Source of the DNA: Octopus vulgaris
Taxonomy: Eukaryota
DNA length: 64,000 nucleotides
NCBI GenBank assembly: GCA_951406725.2
Contig: OX597814.1
Coordinates: 120,652,001-120,716,000 of the forward strand
Direction of reading: 5' to 3'
The translations under genes and the position numbers were made by a program. The notes under the pieces were generated by a model, which ran no database searches, was not told where the DNA came from, and saw nothing but the letters and a program-made list of their open reading frames with translations. This document shows positions 1-13,656 of this stretch, piece by piece (position 1 is the stretch's first letter; every line of letters starts with the position of its first letter).

Positions 1-1301
1 TATATAACTGTACAAGATTCCCCTTATCACTACTGAGTTACCTGATTGTGTATCTGTATATACATTGATAAGTACAAAAGTAGTAGTAGTTAGTATGTAA
101 CTCGAAGAACCTTTAGAAATTTATTTGTTGAATGCGGTAATTTTACATTCAGTGTAATGCGGCGTAATTTTTGATATAACAATAGTCCAGGTGACAAATA
201 CGGACTTGGATTCACAGTGATCAGTGAAGAAAATAAATAAAACACTGTTAAATATAAGTATTGCTACTGCGGTTCGTAGATTGGACGGACTGTACAGCAT
301 ACGCGCTCTTCTTCCTCCATCTTAACCAAATTACATTGAACACGCGTTTGTTTGCTACAGTATTTATGGTGGCTCGTTAAATCCTTTGCGCTATTGTTCC
401 TCCTTCAGATGCTCACCACTGGTGCGTAATACTGAATTTAAAAGCTGAAAAATCGATTCAAATGGTCTTTAAACAATACTAAAACAACCATTGTTGTGTG
501 GAGGTGATAGAGATGGTATTGATACGTTCAAGTCGCAAAAACATGGGCTCGGATTTAATTCTACTGTGTTGACCTGTGATCAATTATCACTAAAGTTGCC
601 CAGATATGACCACTGTCATATGATTGAAATTTACGTTGACGAACGCTGTGCCAAAGCCGATTGAAGACAGGTACGCACACATACACATACATACAGTAAT
701 ATACAAGGACAAATGTATGTACGCACATTCGCTTTTATATATAAGCACGGATATGTCAATGACTATAAATCATTGCTTTAGGTGAATCTATAAACGAGAA
801 TGATAATCGCACGACTGTCGCAAATGGGTGTCGCTGCTAAACAAACTGTCTTAGTATCCAGCTTTTGAAAAAACACGAATATCTATGGGGATATATTACT
901 TTCACAATAAGGATGAAGTGAGGATTGTTTGCAGGAAGGACATCTATACGCAGGATTTCTACCTCAACGAATTCTGTCCAACTCATTCGTGTATGGAAGG
1001 TTGAACGTTAAAATCAATATATCAATGATAACGATACACATGTGTATATGACCACATAATTACATATAATTAAACAAGCATACATTTAATTACGAACACA
1101 TACACGGGTACATACACAGGGGCGCACTCACACAGACACACACACACATATACCTATTAGTTGATAACTACGAAGCAAAGTGGTTAACATCTGCTGAAAT
1201 AATAACTATTTAAACATACAAATCGCAGTATGCATTGATATGCACCCATTGACACATTAATATAGATTTAACAAGAGATACACACATAGACTCATTCTCA
1301 A

Positions 1302-1362
1302 ATGTGTGTGTGTGTGTGGGGGGGGCTGTGTTTGTGTGCGAGCGTGCGTGCGCGGGTGTGTG

Positions 1363-1421
<59 letters not shown>

Positions 1422-1686
1422 ATGCTAAACTACAATCATACAGAAACGGAACCACGCGTTTCTAACATAATATTGAAAGGAAGACATTGATATAAAATAA
1501 TTGTGATTTGTGTATACAATACTTCAAATAGCTGCAAATATATGCACGGAAACGGATACATAATTGTGAAACTACAAAGCTAGTATACACTCCAAAGAAC
1601 AAACATATAAATAAATAAACTTACTCAACCATATATATATGTGTGTGTGTGTATATCTATATATATATACATATATATATATATGA

Positions 1687-1742
<56 letters not shown>
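1302..1742. repeat. Compound (GT)n/(AT)n microsatellites
   Basis: GT run at ~1302-1318 and AT runs at ~1371-1417 and ~1632-1742; these explain the YIYI/VCVC ORFs here. Confidence 0.95.
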
Positions 1743-1745
<3 letters not shown>

Positions 1746-2888
1746 AATGATTAGTTACGTTATATTTGCAAACTAACAACACTGATACAAGAATATAATC
1801 GAAAATGTATTATCTTTTTTTACCGGGGAAGAAGAGAAAACGAAAATAAGAGTAAACAATCAACAGATGATCAAAAAAGGAAGTCAAGAAAAAGGTCGGA
1901 AAAACAAGTATAGAAATATTATTCAATAGATTTCTGTAACATATATAAAGAAAAAAATAATAATAAACGGAAAGGGAACTCACAAGTATCTGTTAAGAGA
2001 ATACTATTTTCTTTTCAACATAGATGTATTTTGGAGAGATGGTGTATGTTTAATACAATACTTGTCACCTCCAAATATTATACAATGCTTATTAGCAGCT
2101 ACTCTTTGTTGATATTTCCTATAGTTTTTTAATCTTGCAAGATTATTTTCTGCCAAATTATTTTCTCAATTCTCTACAGGAACATATCTGCTTCCCTTTA
2201 TTTAGTCTCATGTCAGATCATGAGTAATTGAATACGAATGCGCCAGTGCGCATGTTTGTGTGTATATATGTATATACATATATGTATACATGTGGTGTAA
2301 AAGTACATGCTCATAAATTCGAAGAGTTTCGGATTTTTATATCAATTTGCGCACCTTCTCGGGTTGTTTTGCGATGTGTCATTGTTCCACTTCTCTAATT
2401 TCTTATATATTGTTCAAACATGATTGTTTCCATATATAAGGTATGAACTAATATGAATACAAATATAGTGTTCATGACAACTTCATACTGTTGTTCTAAA
2501 TGTATATTGTATTGAATAAGTATATCAGCTTATATTTGATGAATATTATGTTTCAGATTAATATCCATCGGGTTAGATGTCAACATACATAACTGCTAAG
2601 CTAAAAAGTCCAAACATTCGACAACACCTTTATTCATTATAAAGTACTCATATAATATTCCTGAAAATGCATAGTTATATAGCGTTTATAATTTCACGGA
2701 TAAAAACTAGAAAGGAGGAAAATAATGTGACGACGATGGAATGACTGATAGGGCCTGATCTCTTAACGATTTATATCTTTGAACATTAATATGTGTGTGC
2801 ATATATATATATATATGTATGTATGTGTATATATATATATGTATGTATGTATATATGTATATATGTGTGTGTGTCTGTCTCTCTGTGT

Positions 2889-3098
2889 GTGTGGAGGCAC
2901 ATGGCCTAGTAGTTAGAGCAGACCGGACGATGTTTATGAGCGAAGCACCTTAGCTCCATATGGCTCCGGGAGAAGGTAATGGCGAACATCTGCGGACTCT
3001 TTCGCCACAACTTTCTCTCAATCTGTCCTGCATCTTGCAACTCACCTACGACGGGAAACCGGGTCTTATAAGCCAGGCTTGGCTCGAGAAGGAACAAA
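2889..3098 (+). mobile_element. tRNA-derived SINE, internally deleted
   Basis: Starts GTGTGGAGGCACATGGCCTAGTAGTTAGAGC (Pol III box-A-like), has a GC-richer body, ends in A-rich GAACAAACA and is flanked by microsatellites. No box B seen. Confidence 0.55.
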
Positions 3099-3100
3099 CA

Positions 3101-3173
<73 letters not shown>

Positions 3174-3780
3174 CATACATACTTATTTGTATGATCTGTA
3201 ACGGATCCTGTTACATTCGATGTTGAACTAGGCTTCCAGACTTTCTAACTGCAAAATTGGCGACACTAGATCCAGATCTCTGAACTGTTATTTAAATACT
3301 TTGGTGATTGTTTGGGTTCTCTAATGCTGTTCATTCTTATGCCATTCTCATCTGTGTAAATGGTAATACTCTTTGTATTTACATATAATCTCATCTATAG
3401 TATTCTCCATTTAATTACTTAATTGCGAAATGTTTTAAGAATCTGTGGAGTTTCTATTATTAACACGCCAAAATAAAGCTGTGTTTGTTCGTGTATTTGT
3501 TCATCCGTGTTTGTTCATCAAGGCAGTTGTGTTTATAATGTTTATTCTCACTTGGAATTGGTAGATGCAAGTTCGGCTTTGTTGACTCTTTGAGGTGACA
3601 CGACTCAGTACTGTTTGCCTTTGTTTCCTTGTTTCCTTTATAGAATTGGAATTTTTGTTACAATGTGTATACAACTTTAGCTCTTAAAACAACTACTGCT
3701 AAAATTAATCCTGAGATGTCGATCATGTTGAAAATAGTGCCGCATAATAGAAGGTACGATTACACACTCACGCGCACATC

Positions 3781-3895
3781 TATGTATGTATGTATGTATG
3801 TATGTATGTATGTATGTATGTATGTATGTATGTATGTATGTATGTATGTATGTATGTATGTATGTATGTATCTATCTATCTATCTATCTATCTGT
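3781..3895. repeat. (TATG)n-(TATC)n tetranucleotide microsatellite
   Basis: Directly visible. Confidence 0.95.
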
Positions 3896-4837
3896 ATGCC
3901 TCTCTATTTAACCATCTACGTATTTATTTATCCATGTATGTGTGTAACTATGTATTATGGAGTGTGGGCAGGGCTTAGGAGCATATAGTAGTGAGGATTC
4001 TGGTTTGGAGGTTCCAGAGGATTGTGAAACTATCTCTGAACCACTATTGTTCCCAGAACTTTTCTGATCTTCATTAATAGCACCTGCCAAGTTCCTAGTT
4101 ATGGATCAACTCGTTATTGTGATGAAAATCTATCTGAGCGCAGGGTCGCAGTAAAACCACTGGGAGTGAATTTCCCTTGGCTATTTTCGCAGTATCCTTT
4201 TCAGAGATCAACAGTCTGATCTAAAATCTCAGTTTCACGTCATCCGGACTTCTTGTCTTCATCTGTCACTAGGGTCTAGTCACGGAAACTCAGAAGGTGG
4301 TGCTTCCACTGTACAAGAGTTTATTACTGTAGTACAATGACGTACAGATGTTTTGTTTATGGTGACTTCATATGTATGCATATGCGCATTCACACACACA
4401 TATACGTACATACACATAGATAGAAATACATATATAGATACATATATGCATACATAAGTCCCTATTATTTGTTCCTTCGTCTGAAGAGCATTTCATCATT
4501 ACGTTATTTTTTGGAAGTCTGCATTGTATTATTTAAGGTCCATTGGATGCTTAACTACAACAAACATTAGGTCTCTATAACATAATGGAATAAAGTTTTC
4601 CCTGATCACTTAAGCATCGAATTGCACTTGTAAGATCCTCTTCAGAGTTCCAAACAAATCCCAATTTTTAAAGATATATCGGAACAAATACTAAAAACCT
4701 ATGTTAATGGTAATTTCTCCTACAACTGGGTTGTATACCACAATTAATATCAGTATTAAGTATACTGATTCTTTAATCACTGCAGTGGAAGCAGACTTGA
4801 AGATTATCATCTACGTGGAGCAACTTACGAGTTGCAG

Positions 4838-5065
<228 letters not shown>

Positions 5066-5149
5066 GATGGCTATACTCGTTATCGAGTATGGCTATTTTG
5101 CATATAAGTAATATATATGATAGCCATACTCGTTATCGAGTATGGCTAT

Positions 5150-5772
5150 TGCACGAAGCTTAACTGTTGTTGGTGCTGAGATCGAATGTGACTTTTATTT
5201 GCTTTTTAAGGTTACAGACAGCTATTCAGTTGAGACTCACAGCACTATCAACAATCATGAACAATGTTGCTATCGTGCAATGCCTGTACAAGAAGATTTT
5301 TTTTAAAGTGAGGAAAGGCTGTGCACTGAGTCAATCCCACTCGCTAAGCAACAGCGGCAATAACCCGAAAAGAAGAATAAGTCAACATCATCGGAAACCA
5401 CTGAGCCGCAGGTTTTATGTCGGAGTTATCCCAGTTACCTGAGTTACCTTCTCCTAGAAGGATGCCCTAATAAAAGATAGGAGTCCTTCACTCCCAACGG
5501 TTTAACCGCGCGATCGGGTATTCAGTCCGATTATTTCTATGTCCCCGCGAATGATACAGCCTTAAGCCTTAAAAAAAATACACATTTATTAGATGGCCGT
5601 TGACTCTCAAGAGTTCCTCCGCCCTTTGACGGGTTTTGTTTTTCATCCCACAGGGTCACTTTCCTGTGCTACTGGTAATATGTAACCCAGTACAACCTGT
5701 TGCATGGTCGGGCCGTCGGCGTCTAAACCGGCAACCCCATCAAGCTTGCTTGGTGAGGAGGATGTTTATTGG
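5150..5772 (-). mobile_element. Probable RTE-clade LINE 5' UTR / RTE-derived non-autonomous element
   Basis: GC-richer island between microsatellites. The minus strand begins CCAATAAACATCCTCCTCACCAAGCAAGCTTGATGGGGTTGCCGGTTTAGACGCCGACGGCCCGACCATGCAACAGG, which resembles RTE 5' leaders. A weak RT-like RKLLHVDD lies downstream on the minus strand near 4805-4830. Confidence 0.45.
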
Positions 5773-6009
5773 AAATATATACATATGTATGTATGTATAT
5801 GTATATATGTATGCATGTATATATGTATGTATGTGTGAGCGTGTGCAGACAACTTGAATGCCCAACATTCCATACACTCCAAAGCTTATAGTGTCACCAA
5901 GAGAAAATGTGTGCCTTTTGGGGCCCTCCTTTTGTCAACATTATTGCACGCCGCCCACACATCCGGAAATGAGACCCTACTCAGTAGATCAATAGGTCTC
6001 ACACAATTC

Positions 6010-6029
6010 ATATATATATATATATATAC

Positions 6030-6122
<93 letters not shown>

Positions 6123-6150
6123 TGTGTGTGTGTATGTGTGTGTGTGTGTA
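6010..6150. repeat. (AT)n-(GT)n microsatellite
   Basis: Directly visible. Confidence 0.95.
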
Positions 6151-9100
6151 TAGCTGGAATTTACAAAAGAACAAATAACGATGACAGGTGTGCAAACAAC
6201 AAGCAGGTGTGTGTTTGCGTGTGTTGTTTCTGACCGGTACTTAATCGAGTTATGACAGTCAAGGTGACTGAACACTGAACATAGAATATATAGGGTCGGA
6301 ACAAACAGCGCAAAATATTTTTTCAATTCACTAAATTTTCTACTGTCTCGCTACCTTCAGATTATCATTTAAATAAAGCAAATTTATGAATTAGAGCAGG
6401 TAGTCAACAATTTTGAAGGGAAGGAGTTAATAAACACTATCCACAGAAGTAGACAGGCAATTTATTTATAGACCTCAGAACCATTGAAGTTCAAATACCG
6501 GCAGTATTTGAACTGAGAATGTAAATCTTCAGTACAAATACACGGTTTTCCCCGACCATTTTTGATTTTGATTCTACGCTTACTAAATAAATTCTGATTT
6601 AGGCTTATGAGTAGAAGTTTTGAGAGTAAGTGTTTAAATGTTTCTGTCAACCCTGATACTTGACAAGCTCTTTATTTCATCGACTCCTCAGGGATGTACG
6701 TCAAGTTGACCTCTTTGTGATTTGAGCTCCGAACATAAAGAATTGGAACAACTGCTGCATAACATTTTTAACAACGCTCCAAAGATTTTTCTAAGTTACA
6801 CACATTAATATAGCAATCAATAACGAGTTATGATTTAAACAATATTAAGGAAGGGAAATATCCAAAACCATCGATCAAGAATTTGACTGGTACATCGTTT
6901 CATTGTCTATGACATGATGAAAAGCAAAGCTGACCTCGGTGATATTTGAACTCAGAAAGTTACGATCTAAAAGAAATACCGCAAGCCGTCTTTCCGAGAC
7001 TTTAGCAATTTTGCCGATAATTATGAGGAACACAAAAATCATTAGGAAACCATATAAAACTAAAAGATTGTACAGCATGGGCACAACAGAATATGAATAA
7101 TTATAAAATGATATTAATGCTGTTTATCATAAAGCAAGTTTTTTTACAGAATAAATTTTGTGTACATAATGTCCAATATAAAAACGCATTATATATAATC
7201 ATTTTTTTTTAAAATTTTCATCACAGCGATATGACTAAGTTACTTCTTGCTACTTAAAGCATTTGATATATGTAGAAAAAATATTATTTTTCATTTCAAT
7301 AACATTCTAAGAAAGTATGGTATGTAATTAAAGGACAATATATAAAAGAGAATATATCGACGTAGTTGCTTGAATAAATGTATTGTATGTTAACAATAAA
7401 ATGTATTCAAAGAAAATATTTTCCGAAAATAGCTGTAAATAGTTTGTATATATTTCAGTGAGCAGATGTACAACTTCTTAAAACTGGAATATTTAATGTG
7501 TATGGGAATATGCATTCTTGTAGTTTAGATGTAGTAAATAAACAAGCAGCATATATATATTCAGTAAATCTTAACGAAGTGATAGTTTGATGGGAATGTT
7601 TAAGCTGGTAATTTCGTAATTATATATAATGGACATGGCATAAAAACTTAATCTAAATTTCAACAATAATATAAATGTAACAAAAGATAAAGACTATATA
7701 CGATATAGTTTTATCACATGCTATTGCATAACTATTCCTGAATTTAAAATATCTCATTAAGTTGAAAAACGACACACTTGTAAGAATATGCTGCTGTGGA
7801 GAAATTGAAGTTTATTTCGAAATAATTCAGGTAAAAATATAAAGGCTGTATGATAAAACGTCTACGAGAGATGAATTAATATAGTAAGCAATAACTTGAG
7901 CCTATGCTAATAAATCGCTACAAGTCTCAAGTATAAGTTTGATATACTTTAACCGACTAATAATTTTGCACTTAGATTAGCGAGTAATTTCATATGACAC
8001 ACTATTGGATATCCGGCAGTCAAATTTCAAATAATTTTTCTATGCATTGCTAATTACCGCTATGTATAATGGATCTCATTTTCATTTTAAAATATATTAA
8101 ACACATATCAAATTCTAAAACAAAAGTATTTATATTCAAAACGCAGGGAAACTAGCACCAGTAAAGTTATGCAGTATCCTTACTGCTCTATCTTTTGTTG
8201 AATGTCATGAGTAACTAGTATTTTTAAGTGTATTTTTTAAGCAATCTACAAATTGACACCTTACTCATTAATATTACTAAGAACTCAAGGCGGAAATTCC
8301 TGTTATACCTCTGGGACAAAAATTGATGTTAAGGATTTTAGCCAAACACAAATAATATATTCATAAAGACGTTCCTCCTCTCAATAATTTATTTCGCAAA
8401 AGCATAGAATGAAAAAATATCAAACGTCGAAGCAGTAAGTATCCTTTCTCATCTGAACTAGAATAATAACAACAACATTCTTTGCACATATAAGATGATA
8501 CGATGCAAGCACAAACTCGACTCGCTGAAAATCTTCATTCTTCTTCCTTAATCCTCACTCACTGTACTGGGAAGCAAAAGGTAATTTTGTTTACTATTTC
8601 ATCATTCCTTCAAAATGCATTGATTTCTATGTTGCAATACCAATACTCACTCTCCGAAACATCTTCAGTGCACAACAGCTAAAACGTACGAAGAGTCCAG
8701 TCACGAAACAACTATCAGATGAAGATATGGAAATGTATATGTTAATTATACGCATCTCTGTCAAACACTATGAATTTCAAGCAGTTCGTGTTGTACAGTT
8801 TGAGTATAGTTTAATAGAAGTTATTTGATATCAAGGATTGCCCATCTGACAACATCTGAAAAAGACTCCGTAATCATCCTTCAAATAAGTGAAACTTACT
8901 TTTCTAGAAACAGTTAAGGAAAATGCAGAGAATTACCAGTAATATTCCTTCCCCTTCAATGATATATCTAAAATTGTAGCAAAATTGCGTTCCTTTCCCT
9001 TAGTAACAAAAACTTTGCCGTTCTCATAAATGTATCAGCTTGTAAGCGATGGAGCAAAGATTGTGCTGAAAACTAAGATGACGCTCTACTCGACAAGCAA

Positions 9101-9218
9101 AGTACTAAACTTATGCTGCAAAATCGTTTGATATATCTCACTAACATTCAATAAATATTTTGAAGCTACAATTCTCTAAAAAAAAATGAACACGAAGAAT
9201 AAATGGACAAGAACTGAA

Positions 9219-9610
9219 GGCGGCGAATTGGCAGAAACGTTAGCACGCTGGGCGAAAGGCTTAGCGGTTTTTCGTCTGCCGCTACGTTCAAATTCCGCCG
9301 AGGTCGACTTTGCCTTTCATCCTTTCGAGGTCGATTAAATAGGTACCAATTACGCACTGGGGTCGATATAATCGACTTAATCTGTTTGTCTGTCCTTGTT
9401 TGTCCTCTCTGTGTTTAGCCCCTTGTGGGAAGTAAAGAAATAGGTATTTCTTCTGTCTTTATGTTTTGAGTTCAAATTCCGCCGAGGTCGACTTTACCTT
9501 TCCTCCTTCTGCGGTCGATAAATTAAATACCTGATGCCTACTGGGGTCGATTTTATCGACTGGCCCCCTAACCCAATATTTCGGGCCTTGTGCCTAGAGT
9601 AGAAAAGAAT
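9219..9610 (+). mobile_element. Dimeric tRNA-derived SINE with Nin/Deu-like core
   Basis: Head GGCGGCGAATTGGCAGAAACGTTAGC, box-B-like GTTCAAATTCC and core GAGGTCGACTTTGCCTTTCATCCTTTCGAGGTCGAT...GTACC. A second monomer starts at ~9445. Highly similar copies lie at 31147 and 36570. Confidence 0.85.
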
Positions 9611-10007
9611 ACGTTTAGAATTGACACTTTCTTATATAACTGGTCACTCAAAGTAAGCAGACTGTTTATTTGGCTTTCTTTATTTCAAATAAATCATGTG
9701 GCCATTTCAACGAACAGTTAAGTATAAATATTCAGGTTAGTTAGTGACTATCCATATTTCTGGTTCCTTTAAATGACAAGTCAAAGTTAAGTTGAATTTT
9801 AGAGGATGTTATTGTTACCCAACTTGTTCTAATTGTGATGACCCATTTTCGTGTTCGCTCCGAAGTGCATAATAAATTGAAATAAAACACTACTGGAGCA
9901 AATTGCGTTTAACTGCCTGAAAAATTGCTTATTTCAAAAAATTAACGAGCATTTACTGGAGATGAAATTCACGCAGCAGGCTTCCAATGGAGAACGCATA
10001 TACTAGA

Positions 10008-10212
10008 AGTAGTAGTAGCAGTAGTAGTAGTAGGAGGAGGAGGAGGGGGACAGAAAGGAGAAGGAGGGAAGCAGCAGCAGCAGTAGCGGTGGTGGTAGTG
10101 AGAACAGCAGCATCAGTAGCAGCAGTAGTAGAGTAGTGGTGGCGACGGCGGTGGTGGGAGTAGACGTAGTGGGAGTAGCAGCAGCAGCAGTAGTAGTAGT
10201 AGTAGTTGCAGC

Positions 10213-10278
<66 letters not shown>

Positions 10279-10300
10279 GGTGGTCGTCGTGATGGTGTTG
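10008..10300. repeat. (TAG)/(GTG)/(CAG) trinucleotide low-complexity tract
   Basis: Directly visible; source of the poly-T and poly-V ORFs. Confidence 0.9.
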
Positions 10301-10314
10301 GTACTAAGGAATAA

Positions 10315-10630
10315 GGACCTCATCGTTTCAAGTTTATCTCCAAGAGAGATATGAATTCGCTTCATCTGGATCTCCTGAGATGAGACGAGGTGAATACCGC
10401 AAAAGGAGATGAAGCGAGGAAAAGAGAAAGAGTAACTCGCCGCTAAAGAGAGCCGGACTTGGCAGAAGGCAAAACCAGTAGCACCGGCAGACTTCCAATT
10501 CACTGTATGCGTGACTGCTACCACCGTGTGGGCCTCTACAGCATCAGTAGACGCTGCACCACTGTGAGTAGCTGACAAAATTGCTACAGGCGCAGATTCC
10601 TGGTCTCTCGAGACCAACGGATACCTACTA
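10315..10630 (+). mobile_element. RTE-clade LINE 3' end (decayed)
   Basis: Translates to RFKFISKRDM...RDCYHRVGLYSISRRC (RTE C-terminal KRDM and zinc-finger-like RIGLxSH motif), followed by the 3' hairpin TGGTCTCTCGAGACCA and a CTACTAC tail. Confidence 0.65.
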
Positions 10631-10677
10631 CAATATATACATATATATGTATACACACACACAAACATATATATGTA

Positions 10678-10726
<49 letters not shown>

Positions 10727-10729
<3 letters not shown>

Positions 10730-11000
10730 TAATCCAAACGGGAAAACAGAAAAAACAACAACACGTGGAACAATTACAGTATTATTATTATTAGGCGCTC
10801 AGGAAAATGGAAGAAGGAGGGTATGACGTTTCGAGCGGAGCTCTTCGTCGGAAACATAGGAGAAAGAAAGATCCCGAGACGGGAGGACAGAGGAAAAAAA
10901 ATTGCAGGTAGTCTTCACGAGGTCACATACTGAAAAGACGGAAGTTGTAGAAAAGGAGGAAAATGTTTTTTAAAAACAGGAGAGCTGAATCAAAGAGGGA
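10727..11000 (-). mobile_element. Penelope-like element 3' terminal (pLTR) fragment
   Basis: Shares the blocks GAAGAGC..GCTCGAAACGT, CCTGAGCG and TAATAC with the tail of the GIY-YIG PLE at 26440-26590. Confidence 0.6.
10821..10855 (-). ncRNA. Minimal type I hammerhead-like motif (U4C core variant)
   Basis: Minus strand GUUU-CCGACGA-A-GAGC(UCC)GCUC-GAAAC-GUC-AUAC. Helix III is palindromic ACGU, the site is GUC and stem I pairs at 3 of 4 positions. Confidence 0.55.
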
Positions 11001-11029
11001 ATGGTAAAAAAGGTGTGCGAGAAAACGAG

Positions 11030-13620
11030 GGTGTGTGTATGTGTGTGTGCGTGTGTGTGTATGTGTGTGTGCGTGTGTGTGTATGGTGGACAGTGGCTAG
11101 TAGCAGGCAGTAGTAGAGTTAAAGGAGTGTGTGGGGGTACCCTAGCAAGTGAGAAAGGCAGGTCAGAAACAGGGAGGTATGTGTGTGTGCGTGTGTATGT
11201 ATGTGTGAGTGTGTGCGTGTGCGTGTGTGTATGTGTGTGTGAGGCGAGATAAAAAAACAAATATGTATATGTTAGTGCGTGCAGGGCGAACAGATGACAA
11301 AGCAAGTCTCGAGTGAGTGGTCAGTGGTAAAAAATGGGAGGAAGGAGGGAAGAAGGGAAGGAGGGAAAGGGTGGGGGCGTATGTAACGTGCCAGTGTGTG
11401 TGTAGAGTGGTAGTGTATCCAGTGTACGTAGTTGTGTGTATGGCAAGTAAATTTGAAGTGTGTGTAAGTGTAATGTATATATATATGCAAATGTGTGTGT
11501 GTGAGTGGGTGTGTGCATGTGTGTGAAAAAAACTACAGCGGAGGGGGGGGGGAAGATGGAAGAGTGGTCCCGCGGCGACAGGCGTGGGAGAACCCAAAGA
11601 TACGCGCCGGCCCCAGATACGTACAAGGGATCTAGTCGGTCAAACCAAGAGCATGGTGCATGCAAGCGCGTATGCGTGCGCGAACGTGCACAGGCGTGTA
11701 TGTGCGCGCGCCTGCGAGTGTGTGTGTAAGTATGTATGTGTGTGGATGTGTGAGTGTGTCTGTGTGTAAGTCTGGGTGTCAGTGTGTCCGATGAATGTAT
11801 GTAAGTAAGTATGTGTGTGTATATAGATGTATGTCCGTGTGTGTGTGTGTGTATGTGTATGAGTGTGTATGTATGTACGTGTGTGTGTGTAGAAGTGTGT
11901 GTAGGTGCATGTGTATGCGCGTACATGCAGGTGTGTGAGTGAGTGTGTGTGTGTGTATGTATGTGTGAGTGTGTATGTCTGTGTGTGTAGGATGCATGTG
12001 TGTGTATGGGTGTATGTATGTGTGTGTGTATGTATGTGTACGTGCGTGTGTGTGTATGCATGTATGCATGTATGCGTATGCATGTGCGTATGTGTGTGTG
12101 TATGTGTGTGTGCACGTGTGTAGGTATATATGTATGTGCGTATATGTGTGTGTATGTGCGTACATGTGTGTGTGTGTATGTAGGTGTGTAGGCGTGTGTG
12201 TATAGGTGTATGTATGTGAGTATGTATGGGTGTGTCCGTGTGTGTGTGTGTATGTAGGTGTGTAGGCGTGTGTGTATAGGTGTATGTATGTGAGTATGTA
12301 TGGGTGTGTCCGTGTGTGTGTGTGTATGTAGGTGTGTGGGCGTGTGTGTATAGGTGTATGTATGTATGTATGTATGTATGGGTGTGTCCGTGTGTGTTTG
12401 TGTGTGTGTGTGTATGCATGTGTATGTAGGTGTGTGTGTACGTGTGTAATATATGTATGTATGCGTGTGTGTGCGTGTGTATGCGTGTGTGTGTGTATGT
12501 AGGTGCGTATGTATGTGTGTGGGAGTGTAGGTGTGTGTGTGCGTGTGCGTGTATATGTTGGTGTGTGTGTATGTGAGTGTGAGTGTATGGGTGTTAGTCA
12601 TGCGTGTGTATGCGCGTGCAGGCGAGTGTGTGTGTAAGTATGTGTGTGTATGTATGTGTGAGTGTGTATGTGTGTATGTATGTGTGTATGTATGTGCGTA
12701 TAGGAGTATGTAAGTATGTGTATGTGTATGTGTGTGGGTGTATGTATGTATGTATGTATGTGTGTGTGCATGTGTGTAAGTATATGTGTGTGTGCGTATG
12801 TATGTGTATGTGTGTGTGTTTATGAATGTGTGTATGTATGTGTGTAGGCGTGTGTGTATAGGTGTATGTATGTATGGGTGTGTGTCTGTGAGTGTTTGTG
12901 TGTGTGTGTAGGTATGTGTGTATGTATGAGTGAAGGTATGGCTGTGTAGGTGTGTGTGTGTATGAATGTAAGTGTGTGTGTGTACAAGTGTAATGTATGT
13001 ATGTAGGTGTGTGTGTATGTGTGCGTGTGTATGTGTGTGTGTGTGTGTGAGTGTGAGTGTATGTGTGTATGTGTATGTCTGAAGTAGGTATGTGTGTGTA
13101 TGTATGTATGTGTGTGTGTGTGTGCGGGTATGTGTGTGGGTGTGTGTATGTGTGTGTGTAAGTGTGTGTGTGAGCAGGTGTGCGTGTATGTATGTGGGTA
13201 GGGATGCATGCGTGTGTGTGGGTATGTATGTATACATACGCACGCACACACCCGAAGCACGCCCACACACACGAAGCACGCTCACACACGCAACACACAA
13301 ACAATACAACGCAAGCCCATGGGGCCGACCAACCCCCTGCACGCGCTAAGGCGTGCGCGCGCGGGGGCCCCCGAACGACCCGCTCCACGGGAGCCGAAGA
13401 ACCATCAACCAAAACCAGAAGCAGAAAAGAGGGGGGGTTTGCCTGGGTGCAAATAGGTGTATGTGTGTGTACATTCGTGTAAAGGTGTGCATGTGTGGGT
13501 ATGTGTGTATGTATGTGTGTGTGCGTACATGTATGTGTGCATGTGTGTGTGTGTATGTAAGTATAGGTGTGTGAAGTATGTATGTGCGATGTGTGTGTGT
13601 GTGTGTGTGTATGTATGTGC

Positions 13621-13656
<36 letters not shown>

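Noticed and set aside
2318-2368. Minus-strand CCGAGAAGG...CCGAAACTCTTCG resembling a hammerhead
   Set aside because: The core lacks G8/A9 spacing and stems I and III do not close.
3197-4370. Possible solo LTR (TGTAAC start, AATAAA)
   Set aside because: No second LTR, PBS, PPT or TSD could be identified.
9219-9300. tRNA gene
   Set aside because: Box A/B-like head only, no cloverleaf; part of a multi-copy SINE.
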